A DNA stretch of 64,000 bases, taken from positions 96,001 through 160,000 of the forward strand of contig CAVSGI010000008.1 of NCBI GenBank assembly GCA_963727445.1. The letters run 5' to 3'. This document shows, piece after piece, positions 56,190 to 64,000 of the stretch (positions are counted from its first letter, which is position 1; each line of letters starts with the position of its first letter). Under the pieces are notes generated by a model, which worked only from the letters and a program-made list of their open reading frames with translations, did not search any database and was not told where the DNA came from. The DNA comes from an uncultured delta proteobacterium. Lineage in GTDB: Bacteria; Myxococcota_A; Polyangia; Polyangiales; B10-G4. The translations under genes and the position numbers were made by a program.

Positions 56190-56446
56190 GAGCTAACGGG
56201 GACGGTCTACACTTTTCAACTTTCCGAACCTGCCGCTCTGAGAGCTAACGGGGACGGTCTACACTTTTCAACTTTCGGCTGGGCCGCGCCCCTGCGGAAC
56301 CCGGCCGTGCGTGACGAAAGTTGAAAAGTGTAGACCGTCCCCATCAGGCCGTGCGTGACGAAAGTTGAAAAGTGTAGACCGTCCCCATCAGGCCGTCGCC
56401 ATCAGGCCGTGCGTGACGAAAGTTGAAAAGTGTAGACCGTCCCCAT
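56172..56446. repeat. Composite repeat: five copies of a 27-bp motif (2 forward, 3 inverted), MITE- or REP-like
   Basis: GGGGACGGTCTACACTTTTCAACTTTC at 56198 and 56250; reverse complement at 56316, 56360 and 56418; embedded in 52-bp and 44-bp tandem units. Confidence 0.95.
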
Positions 56447-56597
56447 GGCCCCACGTTCTGCGACCCCGCAAGCGCGTGCGCGCAGCGAAGCGCGCTTATC
56501 GCCCACCACCGCCTCGCCAAGAGCCCGCACAACCAACCGCGCTCGCGACGCGAGCCGCGCGCGCCCACCACCCCGCATCGCCCTGACCGCCCCCCCC

Positions 56598-58055
56598 TCA
56601 CTCCGACAGCTTCCGCGTGATCGTATTGCGGCCGATCCCCAACCGCCGCGCCGCTTCCGTGCGGTTGCCGCCGCACTCTTCGACGGTGGCGACGATGTAG
56701 CGGCGCTCGACCTCCTCGAGGGTCAGGCCCTTCGGCACCACCAGCCCGCCGCCCACCGGACCGGTCGGCGAGCCGGGCGGAGCCTGCGCCACGTGATCGC
56801 CGCGGAGCACGTCGTCCTTCGACAGCACGACCGCGCTCTCCACCCAGTGCTCGAGCTCGCGCACGTTGCCCGGCCAGTCGTGGCCGCGCAAAGTCGCGAG
56901 CGCTTCGTCGCTGAAGTGCGGGCGCGGGCGGCCGTAGCGGCGCGCGTAGAGGTCCGCGAAGTGGCGCGCCAACGTCTCGATCTCGTCCGGACCTCGGTCG
57001 CGGAGCGGCGGCACGTCGATCTCCACCACCTTGATCCGATAGAAGAGATCTTCGCGAAAGCGTCCCGCCTTCACTTCGGCTTCGAGGTCGCGGTGCGTCG
57101 CACAGACGATGCGCACGTCGGCGGAGAGCGTCTCGCGCCCGCCCACGCGGTTGAACTCGCGCTCCTGCAGGAAGCGCAGGAGCTTGCCCTGCATCTCGAG
57201 GGGCAGGTCGCCGATCTCGTCGAGGAAGAGCGTGCCCCCCTCGGCGAGCTCCACCCTTCCCTTCACGCGCCTGTCGGCGCCGGTGAAAGCGCCGCGCTCG
57301 TGGCCGAAGAGCTCGCTCTCCACCAGCTGCCGCGGCAGCGTCGTGCAGTCCACCGTCACGAAGGGCCCGGCCTGCCGCGCCGAGTTCACGTGGATGGCGC
57401 GCGCCAGCAGGCTCTTCCCGGTGCCGGTCTCCCCGCGGAGCAGAACCGCCGCATCGGCGCGCGCCGCGAGGCCCACGCGCTCGTAGACGGCGTCCATCGC
57501 GTCGCTTCGCCCAACGATGCGGTTGAAGGGCCCGCGCATCACGACCCCCGGCCCCGATTCGTCATCGGCGCGGAGCGTGGTCATCGCGAGCGCACGGCCG
57601 AGCTGGATGGCGAGGGTGGCGAGATAGCGCTCGTCCTCTGCGTCGAAGGCGCCGTCCTCACGATTGAGCACCTGCACCACCCCGCGCACCGGGCCCTTGC
57701 CGTCCTCGCGGATGGGAACCGCCAGGATCGACCGCGTCACGTACCCGGTCTGCTCGTCGGCCGATCGATCGAAGCGCGGGTCGGCGCTCGCGTCCTCGAT
57801 CCGCACCGACTCGCCCTTCTGCGCCACCCAACCCGCGATGCCCTGACCGAGAGGCAGGCGCAGCGACGGCACCTCGGGGAGCACCGCCACCCGCGTCGAC
57901 AGATCGCCCTTCTCCGCGTCCACCAGCCAGATGGCCGCGCGGTCGGCGCGGAGCGCATCCGCCATGCGCTCGCACGCCGCCTCGAGCAGAGAGTCCAGAT
58001 CGACCTCGCGGCTGAGGAGGCTCGCGAGGTCCATGAGGAGGCTGAGGCGAGTCAT
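56598..58055 (-). CDS. Sigma-54-dependent transcriptional activator (GAF + AAA+ + Fis-type HTH)
   Basis: GAF ([20 protein letters not shown]), [38 protein letters not shown] and [24 protein letters not shown]. Confidence 0.95.
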   Translation of the reverse strand: MTRLSLLMDLASLLSREVDLDSLLEAACERMADALRADRAAIWLVDAEKGDLSTRVAVLPEVPSLRLPLGQGIAGWVAQKGESVRIEDASADPRFDRSADEQTGYVTRSILAVPIREDGKGPVRGVVQVLNREDGAFDAEDERYLATLAIQLGRALAMTTLRADDESGPGVVMRGPFNRIVGRSDAMDAVYERVGLAARADAAVLLRGETGTGKSLLARAIHVNSARQAGPFVTVDCTTLPRQLVESELFGHERGAFTGADRRVKGRVELAEGGTLFLDEIGDLPLEMQGKLLRFLQEREFNRVGGRETLSADVRIVCATHRDLEAEVKAGRFREDLFYRIKVVEIDVPPLRDRGPDEIETLARHFADLYARRYGRPRPHFSDEALATLRGHDWPGNVRELEHWVESAVVLSKDDVLRGDHVAQAPPGSPTGPVGGGLVVPKGLTLEEVERRYIVATVEECGGNRTEAARRLGIGRNTITRKLSE

Positions 58056-58131
58056 CGGGAGCGGCCCGCGCACAGCATAGAGAGGATCGACGAGGGTGTC
58101 GCGCTCGACCCTCTCCGTCGGGATCACCGAC

Positions 58132-58992
58132 TCAAGCCGCACAGGGCTGCTCGGTTTCGTCCGCGCTGAGGCTCAGGGTCATCCCCTCCCGGGCGGCCAC
58201 CGTCGAGGCGAATCGCGCGCGGGTCAGGCGCTCCACTTCGGCGACGCCCTCGTCGGTGCGCTGCGGATCGTGGTGGAAGAGCACCAGCTCGCCGACGCCC
58301 GCCTCTTCGGCCAGGGTCGCCGCCGCTTCCCAGGTCGAGTGCCCCCAACCCACCTTCGAGCGGCCGACGAGGCCCGCGTACTCCTCGGGGGTGTACTGCG
58401 CATCGTAGATCAGTACGTCAGCGCCGCGGGCGAGCGCGAGGAGCGAGGGGTCGACGCAGCTGTAGTGCTCGGTGTCGGTCGCATAGACCACCGACCGGCC
58501 GCCGTACTCGATGCGGTAGGCGGTGACGCCGCCCGGGTGGTTGCCCTGCGCAGCCCGCACCACCGACCGGCCGACGTGCGTCGCCTGGCCGGGCGAGACG
58601 TGATGAAAGCCCACCTCCGCGCCGAGGTCCCCGAAGCGCACCGGAAAGTGCGGCGCCTTCATCTGATCTTCGAGCGCCTCGCGCAGCGACATCTCCGCCG
58701 TCGGTCGGCCGATCACCGCGATGCGATTGCCGGGCACGTAGGCGGGCAGGAAGAAGGGCAGCCCCTGGATGTGATCCCAGTGCAGGTGCGAGAGCAGGAG
58801 GGTCATCTCGCTCGGCCCCTCCTGCACCAGGCGCTCGCCGAGGCGCCGCATGCCGGTGCCGGCGTCGCAGATCAGCCGCGTGTCACCGGCGACGATCTCG
58901 ACGCAGCTGGTGTTGCCGCCGACGCCAGCGGTCTCCTTGCCCGGCGATGCAATGCTCCCGCGAACGCCCCAGAATCGAATCTTCATGCTCAT
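58132..58992 (-). CDS. MBL-fold metallo-hydrolase (RNase Z / class II phosphodiesterase-like)
   Basis: KIRFWGVRGS, GGNTSC, DAGTG, HLHWDH, NHPG, TDTEH, DAQY, GHST and FHHDP; GGAGG RBS upstream. Confidence 0.9.
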   Translation of the reverse strand: MSMKIRFWGVRGSIASPGKETAGVGGNTSCVEIVAGDTRLICDAGTGMRRLGERLVQEGPSEMTLLLSHLHWDHIQGLPFFLPAYVPGNRIAVIGRPTAEMSLREALEDQMKAPHFPVRFGDLGAEVGFHHVSPGQATHVGRSVVRAAQGNHPGGVTAYRIEYGGRSVVYATDTEHYSCVDPSLLALARGADVLIYDAQYTPEEYAGLVGRSKVGWGHSTWEAAATLAEEAGVGELVLFHHDPQRTDEGVAEVERLTRARFASTVAAREGMTLSLSADETEQPCAA

Positions 58993-59017
58993 GTCGTGTC
59001 CTCCGAGGCGGGGACTG

Positions 59018-59033
59018 AGCGAAGAGCGTGCCG
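59018..59033 (-). promoter_or_regulatory. Sigma-54 (-24/-12) promoter of the MBL hydrolase gene
   Basis: Minus strand CGGCACGCTCTTCGCT is GG-N10-GC (consensus TGGCACG-N4-TTGCW), 25 nt upstream of the ATG. Confidence 0.7.
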
Positions 59034-59084
59034 CCGGCGCCACCCACGATTTCATGGGAAAATCCGCGCTCGAACCTGGGAGTC

Positions 59085-59113
59085 GCACCCTTTTGGTGCA
59101 CCAAATTGGTGCA
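59085..59113. promoter_or_regulatory. Two overlapping NtrC-type enhancer boxes
   Basis: GCACC-CTTTT-GGTGCA (59085-59100) and TGCACC-AAATT-GGTGCA (59097-59113), about 50-80 bp upstream of the -24 element. Confidence 0.7.
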
Positions 59114-59117
59114 CCGC

Positions 59118-59738
59118 TCAGGCGACGGGCGCCCTCAAATAGCCCTGAGCCTCGAGCCAGTCGACCACCGCCTGGGCGCATTCGTCCACCGACGCGAGGT
59201 GGGTGTCGACCCGCAGCTCGGGCGCTTCGGGCGCCTCGTAGGGCGCGCTGATGCCGGTGAAGTCGGCGATCTCTCCGGCACGCGCACGCACGTAGAGACC
59301 TTTGGGGTCGCGCGCTTCGCAGACCTCGAGGGGCGCGGTGACGTGGACCTCGACGAAGTCTCCGCCCGCGAGCAGCCCCCGCACGCGCGCGCGATCCGCG
59401 CGGTAGGGCGAGATGAAGGCGGCGAGGGTGAGGATGCCCGCGTCGGTGAAGAGCTTGGCCACCTCGCCGATGCGGCGAATGTTCTCTTTGCGCTCCTCGG
59501 GGCCGAAGCCCAGATCGGCGTTGAGCCCGTGACGAACGTTGTCTCCGTCGAGGACGTAGACAGCGCGGCCCTTCTGGACCAGGAGCTCTTCGACACGCCG
59601 GGCGACCGTGCTCTTGCCCGCACCGCTCAGACCGGTGAACCAGAGCGTCGCTCCGCGCTGGCGAAGGATGGCCTCGCGGTCCTTCCGCCCGACGTGGCCG
59701 CCGTGCCAGGTGACGTTGGTCGCTTTGTTCTCCGCCAT
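59118..59738 (-). CDS. cysC: Adenylyl-sulfate (APS) kinase
   Basis: [47 protein letters not shown] and [11 protein letters not shown]. Confidence 0.95.
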   Translation of the reverse strand: MAENKATNVTWHGGHVGRKDREAILRQRGATLWFTGLSGAGKSTVARRVEELLVQKGRAVYVLDGDNVRHGLNADLGFGPEERKENIRRIGEVAKLFTDAGILTLAAFISPYRADRARVRGLLAGGDFVEVHVTAPLEVCEARDPKGLYVRARAGEIADFTGISAPYEAPEAPELRVDTHLASVDECAQAVVDWLEAQGYLRAPVA

Positions 59739-59822
59739 CGCGCGAGAAGATACGCGGTGGGTCGCCAGGCGCAACCACCGCGCGCGTTGACGGGCGAGAG
59801 CCCCGGCACCAGGATCGGTCGC

Positions 59823-60410
59823 ATGACGTGGCAAGACGCGTGGCGCGAAGGAAGAACCGGCTGGGACGCCGGCCAATCGCCGCCCATCCTCGAGCGTCTG
59901 GTCCGCGAGGACACCCTCCCTTCGGGCCTGGCCGTGGTCCCGGGCTGCGGGAGCGGCTACGACGTCTTCACCCTCGCCTCGGAGCAGCGCCCCGTGATCG
60001 GCATCGACATCGCGCCAGTCGCCGCGAAGCGCTTCGAGGCGCTCCGCGAGGAGCGGGGCATCCCAGCCGAGCAGGCGCGCATCCACGTGGGCGACTTCTT
60101 CGCCTTCGATCCGGGGGAGCCGGCGAAGCTCTTCTGGGACTACACCTTCTTCTGCGCCATCGCGCCCGAGCGCCGCACCGACTGGGGCGCCAAAGTCGAC
60201 TCTCTCCTCGCCGGCGACGGCGAGCTCCTGACGCTGATCTTTCCGACGGCCAACATCGGCAACCCGGACGGCCCCCCCTATACCGTCGCGCTCTCCCTCT
60301 ACCAGAACGCCCTCGGCCCGGGCTGGGAGCCGACCGTGGTCGAGCCCGTCGAAAGCACCCACCCCGGACGCGAGGGGCTCGAGACCCTCGCGCGCTGGAA
60401 GCGCATCTGA
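59823..60410 (+). CDS. Thiopurine/thiol S-methyltransferase (TPMT) family protein
   Basis: [31 protein letters not shown] and GPPYTV. Confidence 0.88.
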   Translation: MTWQDAWREGRTGWDAGQSPPILERLVREDTLPSGLAVVPGCGSGYDVFTLASEQRPVIGIDIAPVAAKRFEALREERGIPAEQARIHVGDFFAFDPGEPAKLFWDYTFFCAIAPERRTDWGAKVDSLLAGDGELLTLIFPTANIGNPDGPPYTVALSLYQNALGPGWEPTVVEPVESTHPGREGLETLARWKRI

Positions 60411-60424
60411 GTGTCGGCGCTCCG

Positions 60425-61388
60425 TCACTCGCGCGACGTGATCTGCTCGGCGATCCCGCGGATGGTGAGCGGGCTCGAATCCCTCGGCCTTGTTGTTCGC
60501 GATCACGTAGGTCTCGATGCCGCGCTCCCCCGCTTCGCGAATCAGCCGCGTGACATCGTCACGCATGTCCTGTCGAACCTCGTGGATCCGATCGAAGGGC
60601 GCATAGGCCTCCTTCATCTCCTCGTACTTGCGCCCCGGCGGGATCATCAGACGGGCGACCGCGAAGGGACCGACGAGCGCACCCTCGCGGTCGAGCTGCT
60701 CGCCAATCGTGGGCATGCGCGACCAGAAGTTGAAGAGATGGGTCGCGCCGCGCCGCGCGAGGATCTCGAGGTAGCTCGGCGACAGGAGCCGGCGATCCCG
60801 GAGCTCCACGGCGATTCGGAAGTCCGGCCCGACGTCTGCGAGGAACGCGTCGAGGGCGCGCTCGAAGGCCTGCCGATCGAAGGGCCCGGCGTCGGGCGGG
60901 ATCTCCAGGATGAAAGGCCCGAGGTGCTCGCCGAGCCCGGCCACGGCGGAGGCCGCCTGCGCCTCGAGAAAGAGCGTCGCGTCGAGAAAGTCGGGGTTGG
61001 GCTTGCCAGCCCGCTCCCCGTAGCGCTCGAGCTTCGGAAAGTAGCGGGTGGCGACGCGCGACCATACCTTCGACAGCAGCACGAAACCTTCCGGTAGCTG
61101 CTCCGCGTACGCCCGCAGCTCCTCCTCCGACACCGGCGCGTAGTAGCTGCGATCGACGCCGGCACAGCCGAAGAGCGGATACTTGGCGTACTCGCGGAGA
61201 GATTCGCGGGTGAAGGCCTTCTGGCTCGGATAAGCGCGGCGATAGACGAGCCCCTTCCAGCCTTCGAAGGTCCAGCTGCTGGTCCCGAAGCGCACGTGCG
61301 ACGGCAGCGCGTCGGCGAGGCGCGCGAGCGCGGGATCCGGGGGCGGGCCGCCCTCGTCGCCCTTGAAGAGGCCGAGTTGATCGCTCAT
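60425..61388 (-). CDS. DUF72 domain protein (one +1 frameshift near 60479)
   Basis: [31 protein letters not shown] and NNKAEG; removing one base gives [18 protein letters not shown] followed by a stop. Confidence 0.85.
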
Positions 61389-62449
61389 CTCAAGAAGCGC
61401 TCCACGGCCGCGTCGTGCTCGGCGAGAGTGCGGCTGAAGTGATGGCGCCGGTGGCCGCTCGCCACGAAGAAGAAGAACTCGTGCTCCTCGGCTTCGAGCA
61501 CGCTCCGCACCGCGTCCGCGCCAGGGTTGGCGATCGGACCGGGCGGCAGGCCCTCGATGAGATACGTGTTGTAGGGATTTTCCGGGTCGCGAACCATGGC
61601 CGCGCTCGGCGCGCCGCCCTCGTACGCGCGACAGGGCTCGCTCATGTCGGGATCGACCAGGCAGCCGTAGCTCACCGTCGGATCGGCCTGCAGGCGATGC
61701 GGGCGGAAGGCGTCGGAGCGGATGCGATTGATGAACACGCCGGCGATGCGCGGTCGTTCGTCCGCGACCGCCGCCTCCTTTTCGACGATGGAGGCGAGGG
61801 TGAGCACCTCGCGCTCGCCCCAGCCGAGCTCGCGCTCGAGCGCCGCGGCGCGGTCGTGGCTCGCCGCGAAGAGGGGATCGACCCGGCGATGAAAGGTCCC
61901 CACCATGCGCTCCACGACCTCGGCTGCCTCGGTATCGGTGCGGAAGCGGTAGGTGTCGGGAAAGAGGTACCCCTCGGCGCTCGGCCCTTCGATGCCCAGC
62001 GAGTCGAGGAGCGCGCGGTCCTCGGTGGCCGCGATGAAGTCCTCGGCTGAGCAGATGCCGTAGTGGGCGAGTCGCTCGGCGATGGCGTAGCGGTTCACGC
62101 CCTCGGGGAAGGTGACGCGACTCTTGCCACGGCCGAAGCCTACCGCCACTGCCGCGGCGAGCTGCTCCGGCGTCATCGAATCGTCGAGCTGTACCCGACC
62201 GGTACGCATCCGCTCCCCAGCACCGTGAAGCCTCAAAAAGAGCGTGAAGACGCGCGGGCTACGGACCAGCTGCTCCTCCTCCAAGAACGCGTAGAGAGCG
62301 CCCGCGTCCTCGAAGTCCGAGAGCGTCACCTCGACGTGGTGTCCAGCGCCGGGTCCGGCGGTGGTGGGGTAGACGAGCAGAAGCCAGCCGACGAAGACGT
62401 CGGCGGCGACCACCAGCGCGAGGGTCAGGATGGTGATGGTGCGGATCAC
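61385..62449 (-). CDS. mltG: Endolytic transglycosylase MltG
   Basis: N-terminal [31 protein letters not shown] and [16 protein letters not shown]. Confidence 0.93.
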   Translation of the reverse strand: MIRTITILTLALVVAADVFVGWLLLVYPTTAGPGAGHHVEVTLSDFEDAGALYAFLEEEQLVRSPRVFTLFLRLHGAGERMRTGRVQLDDSMTPEQLAAAVAVGFGRGKSRVTFPEGVNRYAIAERLAHYGICSAEDFIAATEDRALLDSLGIEGPSAEGYLFPDTYRFRTDTEAAEVVERMVGTFHRRVDPLFAASHDRAAALERELGWGEREVLTLASIVEKEAAVADERPRIAGVFINRIRSDAFRPHRLQADPTVSYGCLVDPDMSEPCRAYEGGAPSAAMVRDPENPYNTYLIEGLPPGPIANPGADAVRSVLEAEEHEFFFFVASGHRRHHFSRTLAEHDAAVERFLR

Positions 62450-62868
62450 GACGCGTCCTTCTGTCGCCCGTCGAGGTAGCCCTGCAAGAGCACCGCCGCC
62501 GCCGCCTGATCGACGACCTCTCGCCTCTTCTTGCCGCGCACCCCCGCCTCGCCGAGCGCCCGATGGGCGATGACGGTGGTGAAACGCTCGTCGACGTACT
62601 CCACTTCCATCTTGGCTTCGGCCGCGATGGCGTCGCCCAGAGCGCGCGCCCGCTTGGCCTCCGGCCCCTCGGTGCCGTCAGAGCGTAGCGGCAGGCCCAC
62701 GATGAGCCGCTCGGCCTCGGCCTCGCGCAGCGCCGCCGCCACATCCGCCACCGCCTGCGCGCGGCTCGTGCGCTTCACCGTCGACAGGGGCGACGCCAGC
62801 GACTCGCCCTCGTCCGAGATCGCGAGTCCGATGCGGCGAGTGCCGGGATCGATGGCGGCGATGCGCAC
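62446..62868 (-). CDS. ruvX: Putative pre-16S rRNA nuclease / Holliday junction resolvase RuvX (YqgF)
   Basis: AIDPGTRRIGLAISD, IVGLP, VDERFTT and VDQAAAAVLLQGYLD. Confidence 0.93.
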   Translation of the reverse strand: MRIAAIDPGTRRIGLAISDEGESLASPLSTVKRTSRAQAVADVAAALREAEAERLIVGLPLRSDGTEGPEAKRARALGDAIAAEAKMEVEYVDERFTTVIAHRALGEAGVRGKKRREVVDQAAAAVLLQGYLDGRQKDAS

Positions 62869-62892
62869 GGCCGGATGTTTACCACGCCGCGG

Positions 62893-64000
62893 CTACTTGT
62901 ACCCCTCGGCTTGGAGCGAGAAGAGGCGCGCGTAGCGGCCGTCCCGGGCGATGAGCTCTTCGTGAGAGCCCATCTCCTCGACGCGCCCCTCCTCGAGGAC
63001 GGCGATCCGGTCCGCCATCCGCACCGTGGAGAAGCGGTGCGAGATGAGGATCGCCATCCGCTCCTTGGTGAGGTCCTTGAAGCGTTGGAAGATCGTCGCC
63101 TCGGCTTCGGCGTCCATCGCCGAGGTCGGCTCGTCGAGCACCAGGATGTCCGCTTGCTCGCGCATGAATGCGCGCGCGAGGGCGATCTTCTGCCACTGGC
63201 CGCCGCTGAGCTCGACGCCACCTTTGAACCAGCGTCCGAGCTGTGTGTCGTAGGACTCGGGGAGCCGCTCGATCACCGCGTCCGCCATCCCCTTCTCCGC
63301 GGCCTCGTGCCAGCGCTCGCGATCGTCGAAGTCCTCGACGTCACCCGCGCCGATGTTCTCGCCGACGAGCAGCTGATAGCGGACGAAGTCCTGGAAGATG
63401 ACCCCGATGCGCCGCCGGAGCGCGTGGGGATCCCACTGCCGAAGGTCGAGCCCATCGAGGAGAATTCGCCCGGAGCTCGGCGTGTAGAGGCGGCTGATCA
63501 GCTTGATGAGCGTCGTCTTGCCAGCCCCGTTCTCGCCTACGAGCGCGATCTTTTCGCCGGGCGGCAGGTGCAGCGTGATGCCGTCGATGGCCGGACGGTC
63601 GGCTCCCGGATACACGAATGAAACGTTCTCGAGACGAAGCCCATCGGCCGGGTCCGGCCCCTCGGTGGCGCTGCCGCCCTCGGCCGTGCCCTCGTGCTCG
63701 AGGAACTCGTAGAGGTTCGACAGGTAGAGGTTGTCTTCGTACATCCCGCCGATGGAGCTCAGGATCGACGCGAGCGCCGACTGGCCCTGCTTGAAGAGCA
63801 GGAAGTACATCGTCATGTCGCCGAGGGTGATGGCCCGCGCGATGGCGGAGAGCGCGATCCAACCGTAGGCGGCGTAGAGGGTGACGGTGCTGACGAGCCC
63901 CAGCAGAAATCCCCAGATGCCGCGCCGGAGCGTCAGCGCGCGGTCCTCGGCGAAGACGTCCTCGAAGATCGCGTGGTAACGCGCGAGGAGCAGCGGGCCG
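62893..64000 (-). CDS. ABC transporter fused permease/ATPase (5' end outside the window)
   Basis: [24 protein letters not shown] and ISHRFS; the frame stays open to the window edge. Confidence 0.92.
   Translation of the reverse strand, partial: GPLLLARYHAIFEDVFAEDRALTLRRGIWGFLLGLVSTVTLYAAYGWIALSAIARAITLGDMTMYFLLFKQGQSALASILSSIGGMYEDNLYLSNLYEFLEHEGTAEGGSATEGPDPADGLRLENVSFVYPGADRPAIDGITLHLPPGEKIALVGENGAGKTTLIKLISRLYTPSSGRILLDGLDLRQWDPHALRRRIGVIFQDFVRYQLLVGENIGAGDVEDFDDRERWHEAAEKGMADAVIERLPESYDTQLGRWFKGGVELSGGQWQKIALARAFMREQADILVLDEPTSAMDAEAEATIFQRFKDLTKERMAILISHRFSTVRMADRIAVLEEGRVEEMGSHEELIARDGRYARLFSLQAEGYK

Noticed and set aside
56172..56446. Possible CRISPR array with a 27-bp repeat
   Set aside because: The copies are in both orientations and the intervening sequences are duplicated flanks, not unique spacers.
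58132..59778. 548-aa ORF suggesting a long N-terminal extension of the MBL hydrolase
   Set aside because: The extension is an alternative frame of cysC; the RBS and family-typical start are at 58992.
59118..61388. Apparent 756-aa DUF72-CysC fusion in the ORF track
   Set aside because: A single extra base at ~60479 bypasses the DUF72 stop (60425). The middle is the antisense of the TPMT gene, and cysC has its own start at 59738.

Overview
A GC-rich 64 kb chromosomal segment, very likely from a myxobacterium (Myxococcota; inferred from a MYXO-CTERM protein, several Cys-rich secreted repeat proteins, three Hanks-type Ser/Thr kinases and a barrel-TSP3-OmpA protein). It encodes about 50 genes: fatty-acid beta-oxidation (FadN-like, thiolase), a 2-oxoacid dehydrogenase E1-alpha plus lpdA, an RND efflux system with TetR and TolC, lipB, aromatic-acid CoA catabolism genes in two pieces, a MoxR/DUF58/transglutaminase operon, a nuclease-less type ISP-like DNA methyltransferase, a radical SAM fusion protein, a GAF sigma-54 activator beside an MBL hydrolase, cysC, mltG, ruvX and a partial ABC transporter. 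I found no rRNA, tRNA, CRISPR array or transposase. Many genes carry single-base frameshifts, dense at about 15-21 kb, which look like long-read errors rather than real pseudogenes. The most interesting signals are: (1) a sigma-54 module in which a cNMP-type GAF activator with an NtrC-like recognition helix sits next to an MBL hydrolase whose promoter has a -24/-12 element and two overlapping NtrC-type boxes; (2) two intergenic repeat arrays flanking the radical SAM operon, a 45-bp hairpin tandem array and a five-copy 27-bp inverted/tandem MITE- or REP-like element; (3) a perfect FNR-like palindrome between a sensor-less kinase and a Crp/Fnr gene; (4) a stand-alone FIST gene with a small partner; (5) recurrent leaderless-type -10 boxes; and (6) isolated frameshifts that fall at GATC sites. 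All family calls come from motif recognition by eye; no database searches were run.
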